This document shows positions 38,662-47,481 of a stretch of 64,000 nt of DNA, piece after piece. The notes under the pieces were generated by a model. That model worked only from the letters and a program-made list of their open reading frames with translations, did not search any database and was not told where the DNA came from. The number at the start of each line of letters is the position of its first letter. The stretch's first letter is position 1. Both the position numbers and the translations under genes were made by a program. The stretch comes from Candidatus Aminicenantales bacterium (GTDB taxonomy: Bacteria > Acidobacteriota > Aminicenantia > Aminicenantales > UBA4085), in the NCBI GenBank assembly GCA_049515535.1, contig JBEKTZ010000010.1:62001-126000 (forward strand). Direction: 5' to 3'.

Positions 38662-39579
38662 ATGTCCATGGAACAGATCATCACGCGATATAAGGAAACG
38701 ATCGAGCGGATGGTCCGCCTGTCTCAGGGATCTCCCGCCGTCGACAAGGGCCATGTTTTTCTGGAGGGAAATCCCGCCATCCGGACCTTGATCGATTCGA
38801 TGATTCAGGAAAACATCGAGGACGGGAGCGGCCTCCGGAACGCATCCCACATCTTCGAACTGCATCGGTTGGCCCGGGACGGACGGGCAGTCCTTATTCT
38901 TTCCGAACATTACAGCAACGCCGATCTGCCCGTCCTGATATATTTTCTTTCCCGGCTCGGCGATGAAGGCCGCGCTGCGGCCGAGGCCATCGTGGCCATC
39001 GCCGGCATCAAGCTCCACGAGGAAAACCCGCTCATTCGCGCCCTGACCGGAGCCTATACGCGGATCGTCATCTACCCGAGCCGTTATCTCGAAATCATCC
39101 GCACTAAGATCAAGGAACCCCGTGAACTCGTCCATGAAGTCCTGAAAAGCAACTCCATCAACCGCGCCGCCATGAAATCGCTCGCCCGCGTCAAAGCCGA
39201 AGGAAAAATGGTGCTGGTTTACCCCGCGGGTACCCGATTCCGCCCTTGGGACCCGGGGAGCAAGCGAGGAGTCCGGGAGATCGACTCCTACATCAAGACC
39301 TTCGATTTCATGATCTTGATCTCCATCAACGGCAATATTCTGCGGATCAATCCCGCCGGAGAAATGAGCGAGGATCTGATCGTGCGGGACAAGCTCGTCA
39401 TGACCGCGAGCCCGATCATCGCCTGCCGGGAATTCCGCGCCGCGATCAAGGACGAAGCGGGTTTTCGGGAAGACAAAAAGCAATTGGTCGTCGATGAAGT
39501 GATGCGAAGGCTGGACAACCTGCACCGCGGCGCCGAAAAGGCCCGAGAAGGCTCCTCAAGCGTCACTTGGCGTTCTTGA
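38662..39579 (+). CDS. Glycerol-3-phosphate/lysophospholipid acyltransferase
   Basis: HxxxxD motif (EHYSNAD) and VYPAGTRFR. Confidence 0.75.
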   Translation: MSMEQIITRYKETIERMVRLSQGSPAVDKGHVFLEGNPAIRTLIDSMIQENIEDGSGLRNASHIFELHRLARDGRAVLILSEHYSNADLPVLIYFLSRLGDEGRAAAEAIVAIAGIKLHEENPLIRALTGAYTRIVIYPSRYLEIIRTKIKEPRELVHEVLKSNSINRAAMKSLARVKAEGKMVLVYPAGTRFRPWDPGSKRGVREIDSYIKTFDFMILISINGNILRINPAGEMSEDLIVRDKLVMTASPIIACREFRAAIKDEAGFREDKKQLVVDEVMRRLDNLHRGAEKAREGSSSVTWRS

Positions 39580-40720
39580 TGATTTCCACGAGGGCTTTGA
39601 CTGCGGCCGGATCATGGAAATCGCCCAACGCTTCGATCGCCTCGATCCGGACATCCCGAACCGGATGGGTTTTAGCTATTTTGATCAAGTAGGGCAGTCC
39701 GCCTTTCGCCGGGAGATCGGCAAGGGCGGAAACTGCCTGCTTCTGGATTTCGGCGTCTTTATCCGTGGTGGCCAACTGTTCGAGGGTGGCGATAGTCGCC
39801 TTCGTCGCTTTTTCGGCGAGCCCCTGGATCGCTTCGTCCCGGACCTCGGCCTCGCAGCCGTTGAGGGCGAGATCGATTAGGACATCGGCTGCCGCCGGAA
39901 GACTCATCTCGGTCAATCCGGAGACCGCGCCTTTCCGGACTTCAAGCGAAACATCGGTCCGGACGGTCCGGCGCAGGATATCCAGCGCCCGGACATCATC
40001 CTGGTCCCCGAGGAATTCGGCCGCTTCGGCCCGGAGTTTTTCGGGCTCGCGGCCGCTGAGGACGCGCTCTAGAAAAGGGACGACGCGGTCGGCTTTCCGA
40101 TGGAGGGCCACGGCCTCGACCAGGGACGACCGGAGCTCCTCGGACGCGGCCGGGCCATAGAAACTCTCGAGCAACCGGATGCTGTCGTCATCCGAGGCCG
40201 GACCCAGCCAGAACAAGGGGAGATCCTCGAGCGAAACGCCGAATGAAAGGCTGCTGATGGACACGGACTGCGGTTTCCGCGTCGCGGCCGCCGTGAATTT
40301 CATCAGGATGGCGATCTCCTTGAGGACCTTCCTCTCCCGTCCTCCGGGAGCGGCGGGATCCAAAGCATGACGGGCCGCGTCTTTGATCTCCTGCTCTGAC
40401 GAGATTTTACGCTCGACGGCGGAACGGCGGCCGTAGATCAACTCATCGAGAGAGGGGGCTTCCGACGTGAACCGGACATTCATTCCGATCTGGGAGTGTT
40501 CTCCCATCAGTCTCCGAATGCCGAACCCGATCCAGAAGCCTTTTCCCGATCCGATCTTCGCGGCCTCTTGCAGGGCCCAGTCCAAACGTCCGGCCAGCGG
40601 GCCGCTCGGCGCGGGATGACGGATGACCTGCAGGGGGGAGAGAGTCCCGGCCAAAGCCACGATCAGGCCGAACGCGCAGATGAAACAAAGCGATCTCTTG
40701 CGACTGGACATGGCCCTCAC
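39563..40720 (-). CDS. Secreted HEAT-repeat protein
   Basis: Signal/TM N-terminus and C-terminal VR..A...L repeats. Confidence 0.8.
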   Translation of the reverse strand: MRAMSSRKRSLCFICAFGLIVALAGTLSPLQVIRHPAPSGPLAGRLDWALQEAAKIGSGKGFWIGFGIRRLMGEHSQIGMNVRFTSEAPSLDELIYGRRSAVERKISSEQEIKDAARHALDPAAPGGRERKVLKEIAILMKFTAAATRKPQSVSISSLSFGVSLEDLPLFWLGPASDDDSIRLLESFYGPAASEELRSSLVEAVALHRKADRVVPFLERVLSGREPEKLRAEAAEFLGDQDDVRALDILRRTVRTDVSLEVRKGAVSGLTEMSLPAAADVLIDLALNGCEAEVRDEAIQGLAEKATKATIATLEQLATTDKDAEIQKQAVSALADLPAKGGLPYLIKIAKTHPVRDVRIEAIEALGDFHDPAAVKALVEIIKNAK

Positions 40721-40721
40721 C

Positions 40722-42338
40722 TCAGCGGTCTTCCCCGTCTTTGATCTTCTTCTTCAGGATCTCCATGAGGGCTTCCCGGGATTTCGGCGTGTTGATGTCG
40801 CCCAGGGCGGAAACGGCGGCCGTGCGGACCTCGATCTCGGAGTCTTTCTTGGCCGTTTCCAGCAGGATCGGGACGGCTTCGTCATTCTTCGAATCGCCCA
40901 GGATCGAGATGATCGCTTTCCTCATTTCGGGGTCTTTCTCGTCTTTGAGCAAAGGGGCGAGGGTCTTGACCACCGCTTTTTCCTTTTTCTCGGCCAGCGC
41001 TTCGAGGGCGGCCTTTCTCGCTTCCGAATGTTTTGCGCCCTTGAAGATCTGGAGGAAAACGTCGGCGTGGGCTTCGTCGACGATGTCGGTCAAAGCCTCG
41101 ACTGCCGCCTGAGCTGATTCCTCATCGGCACCGGACAGGGCCGTCGCCACGAGAAACGCCTCGGCCTCGGGACCTCCGAATTCGCCTATCGCCATCAAGG
41201 CCTCGCGCCGGCTCTCCTCGTTTTTCGCCGCAGCCAGGATCGCCTTGAGGGCGGTCAGGGATTCCTTGCTCTTCATCTCGCTGAGGCTCGAGAGGGCCGT
41301 GTTTCTGACATCGGGATCGGGGTCGTTCATAGCCAACGATTGGAACAGGTCCAGGGATTCGGGTTCCTTCCGCTCGGCCATCATGTGGATGGCCGCCCGC
41401 CGGGTCTCCGCGGATTTGGCTTCCTTCAGGATCTGTTGAAGGGCGACGCCGGCGTCCCGAAACTTGATCTCTCCGAGGCTATAGATGGCGGCCCGGGCTA
41501 TTTCCTCGTTCGTGGCACCGAGGGCGGTCTGCTTGAGAAACGGAATGAGGATCGGGTCGTTCATCTCGCCCAACGCCTGAAGGGCCGAGCGCCGAGCCTC
41601 GAGGCTCGGCTCCTTCTGAACAATGTCCTTGAGAATGGCGACCGCCTCGGGCGTTTTTATCTCGGCGATGCCGTCGAGGGCGTGGCGGCGGACTTCGGGC
41701 GAGGGGTCCTTGACGACGATCTCGGCCAGTTTCTGGAAGGCCTTGGGCGACTTGAAATCTCCGAGGATCCCGGCGATCCGGGAACGCAAACGCGAGTTTT
41801 TGCTCTGGTCGTAGATATCGATCATCGTCTGGAGGGCGCTCTCCCCGCCGCTATCCCGAAGGGCGTAGAGCGCGGCCATGGTGACCTCATCGTCGCCCGA
41901 TTTCTCCATGGATTTGATGACCGCTTCGTATTCGCGTTTTCCCATATCGACCAATTGCCGGCCGAGCTGGATCATGTTCGCCCGGGCCTCATCGGCCCAA
42001 TCGCTCGAGGGATAAGCCTTGACGAATTCCTGGTAGGCCTTGAACGCTTTTTCCGGCTCCTCGCCGATCTTGTCCAGGACGTAACACTTCCAGTAGCGGG
42101 CATCGACCATCCAAACGCTCTTGGGGTAGGCTTGGATGAACGCGTCCAGGGTCTTGGCGGCGTCCTCCCATTTCTCCTCCAGGACAAGGAGGTAGGCGGC
42201 TTGGTATTGCTTGGCGTCCGGGGTCTGCTCCTCCTCGGCGCCGATCGGCCGCGGGACGGGGCGGACACCCGCCGTTCCGGCGACACCGGCCATGGCAAGA
42301 CAAACGATGAGACCGATGAGAATCTTTATTCTTTTCAT
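40722..42338 (-). CDS. Secreted TPR(BamD-like)-HEAT repeat protein
   Basis: Signal peptide, two YP.S.W..DA TPR-like units, then many HEAT repeats. Confidence 0.8.
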   Translation of the reverse strand: MKRIKILIGLIVCLAMAGVAGTAGVRPVPRPIGAEEEQTPDAKQYQAAYLLVLEEKWEDAAKTLDAFIQAYPKSVWMVDARYWKCYVLDKIGEEPEKAFKAYQEFVKAYPSSDWADEARANMIQLGRQLVDMGKREYEAVIKSMEKSGDDEVTMAALYALRDSGGESALQTMIDIYDQSKNSRLRSRIAGILGDFKSPKAFQKLAEIVVKDPSPEVRRHALDGIAEIKTPEAVAILKDIVQKEPSLEARRSALQALGEMNDPILIPFLKQTALGATNEEIARAAIYSLGEIKFRDAGVALQQILKEAKSAETRRAAIHMMAERKEPESLDLFQSLAMNDPDPDVRNTALSSLSEMKSKESLTALKAILAAAKNEESRREALMAIGEFGGPEAEAFLVATALSGADEESAQAAVEALTDIVDEAHADVFLQIFKGAKHSEARKAALEALAEKKEKAVVKTLAPLLKDEKDPEMRKAIISILGDSKNDEAVPILLETAKKDSEIEVRTAAVSALGDINTPKSREALMEILKKKIKDGEDR

Positions 42339-42353
42339 GATGCGACTCCTTAT

Positions 42354-43217
42354 TTATATCTTTAAAGCCGTTTTGGCCGTTTTTTCCTTGGTCGGGACGG
42401 ATTTCGCTGAAACCCGGTTCTTCTCGCCGCCCCGACGCATCTCAGAGAGATTGATTTTGAATAAAATGTCCTTGAGCTCGACGCCGGCCTTGACGATCTC
42501 GACCGAAGAGATATCGGTTTCGGACTTCAGGTTCGCGATCTGGGACAGGATCATCTCGAGCTCGCCGACGAGCCGCTCGAGCTGGCGCTCCTTGGCAGCC
42601 TTGAGGTCTCCCTTCAGGGTCGAGGCCTCTTTCACCAGCTCCTGCGACATCTCCTTCTGCCGGGGAAGATTGAGTCCGGCGATATCCTTCGTCCCGCCAT
42701 CGAAATTCACCAGGGCGAGGAGGATGACCTTGGAGCGATCGAGATAGCGGGACGTTCGAAGCGAAAGGTCGGCGGTCTGGGAAGCTGAGGGGACGGCTGC
42801 AGCGCCTCCGGCAGCGGGCGGATTGGCGGCGATAGAGACCCGATGGAGCGTGAGGCGCCCGATCAGTATGCCCGCGGCCACCAGAGCGAAGACGCCAGCC
42901 GCGCCGTAGGCCCATCGGGGAAAGAAGCCGAAGCCGGCGAGGGGGCGGCGACGGGACTTGGGCCGCAACGCCTCGAAAAGCCCTTCCGCGGCCATTCGTT
43001 GCTCGAGCTTATCATAATAGCCGGCCCAGTAGTCCTGCCCAGGATCGGCCGCCTTTTTCATCCCCATGACCACGAGCGTCCGAGCCATGGCGTCGTACTC
43101 TTCACGGCAGGCCCGGCACTCGTCCAGATGGCGCGTCAAGGAATTTTCCTTGCGCGGATCCAACTCCCCATAAAGGGATTCCAGGAATAGATCTTTTATT
43201 TTCCCACATCTGTTCAT
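42354..43217 (-). CDS. Zinc-finger (zf-HC2) anti-sigma factor
   Basis: HLDECRAC (HxxxCxxC), single TM helix, located directly after the ECF sigma gene. Confidence 0.85.
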   Translation of the reverse strand: MNRCGKIKDLFLESLYGELDPRKENSLTRHLDECRACREEYDAMARTLVVMGMKKAADPGQDYWAGYYDKLEQRMAAEGLFEALRPKSRRRPLAGFGFFPRWAYGAAGVFALVAAGILIGRLTLHRVSIAANPPAAGGAAAVPSASQTADLSLRTSRYLDRSKVILLALVNFDGGTKDIAGLNLPRQKEMSQELVKEASTLKGDLKAAKERQLERLVGELEMILSQIANLKSETDISSVEIVKAGVELKDILFKINLSEMRRGGEKNRVSAKSVPTKEKTAKTALKI

Positions 43218-43219
43218 CT

Positions 43220-43813
43220 TCAGCCTCCCGGCTTGACCGGAGCCGGGACGATACCCAGCTCCTTTTGGAGCTTCTTGACCGAACGGAAGAGGTAGCTTTT
43301 CACGGACCCGAGGGTCAGCCCGAGCGTTTCCGCAATCTCTTTCAAGCTCAGGTCGTGGTAGTGGCGAAGGAGAAAAACGGTCTTTTCGCGGTCTGAGATC
43401 CTGGCCAGGGCGTCGTCGATCTTCTTCCGCATGAGGACGGCTTCGGCTTCCCGTTGGGGATCCGGCGAATGATCGGAACTCCGCGGAACGCTATCGTCGG
43501 CAAGACGGCCGGGCAGGGACCCTGTCTTTTCCGGCGGAAAAAACGGCCGTTTACGAAGATGGTCGATGGCCGCGTTGACCGCGATCCGATACAGCCAGGA
43601 ATTCAGGCAGGCATCCTTCTTGAACGTCCTTATCGACCGGAAGACCTTGATGAAGACCGCCTGGGAAACGTCATCAGCGTCCGCATGATTCCGGGTCAGT
43701 TCAAAAGCAAGTCCGTAGATCCGCTGCTTATAGATCTCCACGAATTCCCTGAACGCCCCGGCTTCTCCCTCGATCAGGCGATCCGTCAGTTGTTTTTCGT
43801 TTATGGGGTCCAT
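43220..43813 (-). CDS. ECF RNA polymerase sigma factor
   Basis: DADDVSQAVF, SWLYRIAVN and LKEIAETLGLTLGSVKS. Confidence 0.93.
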   Translation of the reverse strand: MDPINEKQLTDRLIEGEAGAFREFVEIYKQRIYGLAFELTRNHADADDVSQAVFIKVFRSIRTFKKDACLNSWLYRIAVNAAIDHLRKRPFFPPEKTGSLPGRLADDSVPRSSDHSPDPQREAEAVLMRKKIDDALARISDREKTVFLLRHYHDLSLKEIAETLGLTLGSVKSYLFRSVKKLQKELGIVPAPVKPGG

Positions 43814-43827
43814 TGTCCGTCACACTT

Positions 43828-43856
43828 TAGACGAGGCAATCCGGAAGAAAGTTGTC
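43828..43856 (-). promoter_or_regulatory. Candidate ECF autoregulatory promoter
   Basis: GACAAC-N17-CGTCTA immediately upstream of the sigma ATG, matching the AAC/CGT ECF pattern. Confidence 0.6.
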
Positions 43857-44156
43857 AAAAAGGCAAAAAAAAGAGAAAAAAAAAGCGGAAATAGGTATTG
43901 TATCGCCCTATTCTTCATAGTGTCCGGCTGCGTTTATGGGACGCTTCTCCACCTGAAAAAAGAGAAGAGTTCCCTGTTTCTATTTCTTGATATCTAAGCC
44001 ATGAAATAACCGCATTAATCGTCATAGAGCCCTTTTCTCCTTGACTATTTTAATCTGAAAAAGTTAGGATTGCTCCACAGAAAAAAAGCGTTTCAAATGA
44101 CTAATCGGCGCGCTGTTTTCCTCTGCGATACTATTTTTATCTGGAGGAGGGGGAAG

Positions 44157-45020
44157 ATGAGAAAGACACTTTTTGTCCTGGCCATTATCTGCGTTCTATT
44201 CGCGACCGCGACGGCTGACCGGCCACTCGCTTCGAGCCCTCAGTCGTTCGACCGAGCCAGCGTTCCGACCCAGCCCCCCCAAACGGCAAGAATTCCGGCT
44301 GCCGCGCCGCTTTTATCCTTTGATCAAAAGCCGGCGGATTACAAGCTGGTCTGGGCCGACGAATTCGACGGCAAGACCCTAGATTTAAGCAAATGGGACT
44401 ACCGCGGACTCGGGCCGCGACGCGCCGCGATCAATGTCAAAGACTGCGTCACCCTGGACGGCGAAGGCCATCTTGTGCTGACGACCAAGCGCGCCGGCAA
44501 GGAATATCACACCGCCATGATCGCGACCGCCGGCAAGTTCGAGCCGCTCTACGGTTATTTCGAGTGCCGGGTCCGATGGCAGAAGCAACCCGGCCACTGG
44601 TCGGCTTTCTGGCTGCAATCGCCGGCCTATGGAAAATCCATCGGGAACGTCGCGGAAAGCGGGGCCGAGATCGACATCTTCGAGTATCTAACCAAGTTCG
44701 GCGACAGCCTGCAGCATACGCTCCACTGGGACGGCTACGGCCCGGACCACAAATCGTCCAAGAAGGCGGCCGACGTTCCCGGTCTGGGCGACGGCTGGCA
44801 CACGATCGGCTTCTTGTGGACGCCGCGAGAATACGTTTTCTCCGTTGATGGCCGGGAAACCTGGCGCACCTCCGAGGCGGTATCCCGCCGCGCCGAATAC
44901 ATCATTCTGAGCCTCGAGGTCGGGAATTGGGCCGGCGACATCACGGCGGCGGTGCTCCCCGATAGCCTCCTGGTGGATTATGTCAGGGTCTATCAGCGCC
45001 CGCCGGATCGAAAAGAATAA
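44157..45020 (+). CDS. GH16 glycoside hydrolase (secreted)
   Basis: LVWADEFDG, catalytic EIDIFE and VDYVRVYQ. GGAGG RBS. Confidence 0.9.
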   Translation: MRKTLFVLAIICVLFATATADRPLASSPQSFDRASVPTQPPQTARIPAAAPLLSFDQKPADYKLVWADEFDGKTLDLSKWDYRGLGPRRAAINVKDCVTLDGEGHLVLTTKRAGKEYHTAMIATAGKFEPLYGYFECRVRWQKQPGHWSAFWLQSPAYGKSIGNVAESGAEIDIFEYLTKFGDSLQHTLHWDGYGPDHKSSKKAADVPGLGDGWHTIGFLWTPREYVFSVDGRETWRTSEAVSRRAEYIILSLEVGNWAGDITAAVLPDSLLVDYVRVYQRPPDRKE

Positions 45021-45128
45021 AGGCCCGGAAATAAATTCGTCGCCGGGAACGAGACGCCCCCAAGACTCAACGCTTGGACTCGGCCGCCCAAGATGTCACT
45101 GTCATGGTGAGTGATGGAACCTGTAATC

Positions 45129-45160
45129 CGGTAACACACGCCCGGCGGCGTGTGTCACCG
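45129..45160. terminator. Inverted repeat between convergent genes
   Basis: CGGTAACACACGCC-CGGC-GGCGTGTGTCACCG. Confidence 0.45.
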
Positions 45161-45198
45161 AATTCCTCTTGGGCCGTGACGGATTTGTCCGGCCGCTT

Positions 45199-47301
45199 TT
45201 ATTTTCCCGGTTCGAGCAGTTTCTTGAACGCCTCGTCGTCCGTCTTGAAATCGCGCGCTGCCTGCCCTACCCGGACGATCCGGATGCTTCTGATCGCGTC
45301 TCCCTTTTTTACGGTCCGCAGCAAATCAAGCCCGGCGATTGTTTTCCCGATCGCGGTGTATTTTTTGTCGAGCCCCGGGCTTTTCTGAAGCGTGAGGTAG
45401 AACGCGTTCGGGGCCGAGACGCCGAGGATGCCCACGGCATCGTGTTTGAGCGCCGCGTTGACGGACATCGGCAGGGTTGGTATCGCCACCGTCTTTTGGA
45501 CGTCGGAAACAACGAGACCGTTGATAAGCCCGCCCCTCACGTCGACTGTGCCAATCGGCGGGATCTCCGGTCGCGGGCCGCCCGGACCTCCCATCCCGCG
45601 AGCGCCACCGCCCGGAGGACCGGCCGGACCGGGGCCCGCGCCCCGTTGGCCTGAGCTTTTCCCTTCGACGATGCGAATGAAGTTCGCCGTCTGCAGGGGA
45701 GCGTTCACAAAGTCGAGGGCGGTCATGAAGTGGCTCGGCGCATCGGCGGTCCCGATGGCGATATCGGCGTACAGGCCGTCGGCCAGGTAGACGCCCCCAC
45801 GCGTGAGCGGTTTGTCGAGGTTCGCCGCGCCGTAGGCGACGACCGCGGTGACCAGCGCGGAATGCTGCTGGTGTTCAGTGTACGGGACGAGCTCGCTGTA
45901 CGTGTCGTAGAGCGTGTGCCAGGCATGGTTGTAGACGTAGTCGGACTGCGTCCTGAAGCTCAACGTCGGCACGCTCACCATTTCGAACGAAGAAGAGTCC
46001 GTGCCGGCCGGGGTCGTCGCATGCGCCCTCGGCAGGCCTCGTTCGAGCTTGAACGGCCACTTCGCGTTCACATTGGCCAGAGGAGCGGTAATCTTCTGGA
46101 AATCCGCATACCAGGTTTCGGGAACGGACGCTCCGGTAATGGCGCTCGGGCTGCCGTCCCGGTTGATCATCATCATGATCTTGGGATGCATTTCGGGGTG
46201 CTTCTTCAGCCACGCCTGCGAGCCGACCAGCCCGAGTTCTTCCGCTGCGAAGAGCATAACGATGATGGAGCGCTTCGGCTGCCCGCCGGCGGCTTTGATG
46301 AGGCGGATCGCTTCCATGCCGGGGGCGAAACCCGACCCATCATCGATGCCGCCGGTTCCGCCGCTGAAGCAGTCGAAATGGCCGCCGATCACGATACACT
46401 CGTCGGGGAATGTCGTCCCGCGGAGCGTCGCGACGACGCTGTGGTATTTGAGCGGGCCCATTTTGAACCAGTTACGGATGTCGAACTCGAGCTCCACCCG
46501 CTCGCCTTTCTCGACCAAACCCTTGATTTCGTTGTACTGGTTCTCGGCCAGCTTGATGTCGGGCAGGACGGGCAACTTGTCCCAGGACTCGACATAACCG
46601 TCCATGATCCTGAACGGCTCCGTTTTAGACAGCTGAATGGTGCCAAGGGCGCCGGCCTCGACGAGCAAATTGGTGAGCGGAGGGATCAGTTTAGCGTCGG
46701 CGTACTCCGGAGTGCCGCGGCGACCGTCGCGGGCAAAACCGGTGTTTTCACCCGGGATCAGGACCCAGGCCCCTTTGAAGGCGCTCTTGTTTCCATTGAC
46801 TTCCGCCATCGCCGCTTCGACCGCGGCGCGCTTTTTCTCGACATTTTCCGGAGTGGCATTGCGTCCCGGGATCGAGAAGGGATCCGTCTTCAGGATAACG
46901 ACCGGCCCGCGCTGCACACCCTTCGTTCCCGCTGTGTAGCTGGGCGTCCCGAAAAAGAGCGCTTTTTCGGCCGGCTTGACCATCTTGCCGAACCACGGGC
47001 CGCGGTTGAAGCCGACCGGCGCCTCGCCGGCCTCGTCGAGCTCGGCTTCGAGTCCCCACTGCTTGAATTGCCAGACCGCCCAAGCGGTCGCGTCGGTGTA
47101 AGCGTTCGAGCCCGTCTCCCGACTGCCGAACCGATTGCTGGCATAGTCGTTCCAAACCATGACCTGATTATCATTCTTGCCGAGTTCGATGATCTTCTTG
47201 ACAACGGGGTCGTCCGGCGTCCGGGCAGGCTTTTGGAAACTGGCGACGGCAGCCGCCAGCACAAGCACGCCGACTACGAATATTAGCGCTCGTTTTCTCA
47301 T
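45199..47301 (-). CDS. M28 metallopeptidase fused to a C-terminal cyclophilin-like domain
   Basis: GGHFD, GIDDGSG, AEELGLVGS and WHTLYD. The C-terminus DGLYA..P..TANF..LKHD..LD.KYT..G..GD.I..IRIVRVG resembles cyclophilin. Confidence 0.8.
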   Translation of the reverse strand: MRKRALIFVVGVLVLAAAVASFQKPARTPDDPVVKKIIELGKNDNQVMVWNDYASNRFGSRETGSNAYTDATAWAVWQFKQWGLEAELDEAGEAPVGFNRGPWFGKMVKPAEKALFFGTPSYTAGTKGVQRGPVVILKTDPFSIPGRNATPENVEKKRAAVEAAMAEVNGNKSAFKGAWVLIPGENTGFARDGRRGTPEYADAKLIPPLTNLLVEAGALGTIQLSKTEPFRIMDGYVESWDKLPVLPDIKLAENQYNEIKGLVEKGERVELEFDIRNWFKMGPLKYHSVVATLRGTTFPDECIVIGGHFDCFSGGTGGIDDGSGFAPGMEAIRLIKAAGGQPKRSIIVMLFAAEELGLVGSQAWLKKHPEMHPKIMMMINRDGSPSAITGASVPETWYADFQKITAPLANVNAKWPFKLERGLPRAHATTPAGTDSSSFEMVSVPTLSFRTQSDYVYNHAWHTLYDTYSELVPYTEHQQHSALVTAVVAYGAANLDKPLTRGGVYLADGLYADIAIGTADAPSHFMTALDFVNAPLQTANFIRIVEGKSSGQRGAGPGPAGPPGGGARGMGGPGGPRPEIPPIGTVDVRGGLINGLVVSDVQKTVAIPTLPMSVNAALKHDAVGILGVSAPNAFYLTLQKSPGLDKKYTAIGKTIAGLDLLRTVKKGDAIRSIRIVRVGQAARDFKTDDEAFKKLLEPGK

Positions 47302-47481
47302 CCGTCCTCCGATTCCATAAATAGTTGTAAGGCCGAATGATATTCCCGACCGCGAATCCATGTCAAGAAAGCGAAAAGCTATTTTTATCCTTGACACCGA
47401 TCTACGGACGCGAATACCATCATCTCAAGAAATGAGACATTCATTTCGATTGTTGCGAACACATATCCAAGGAGGACCGAC

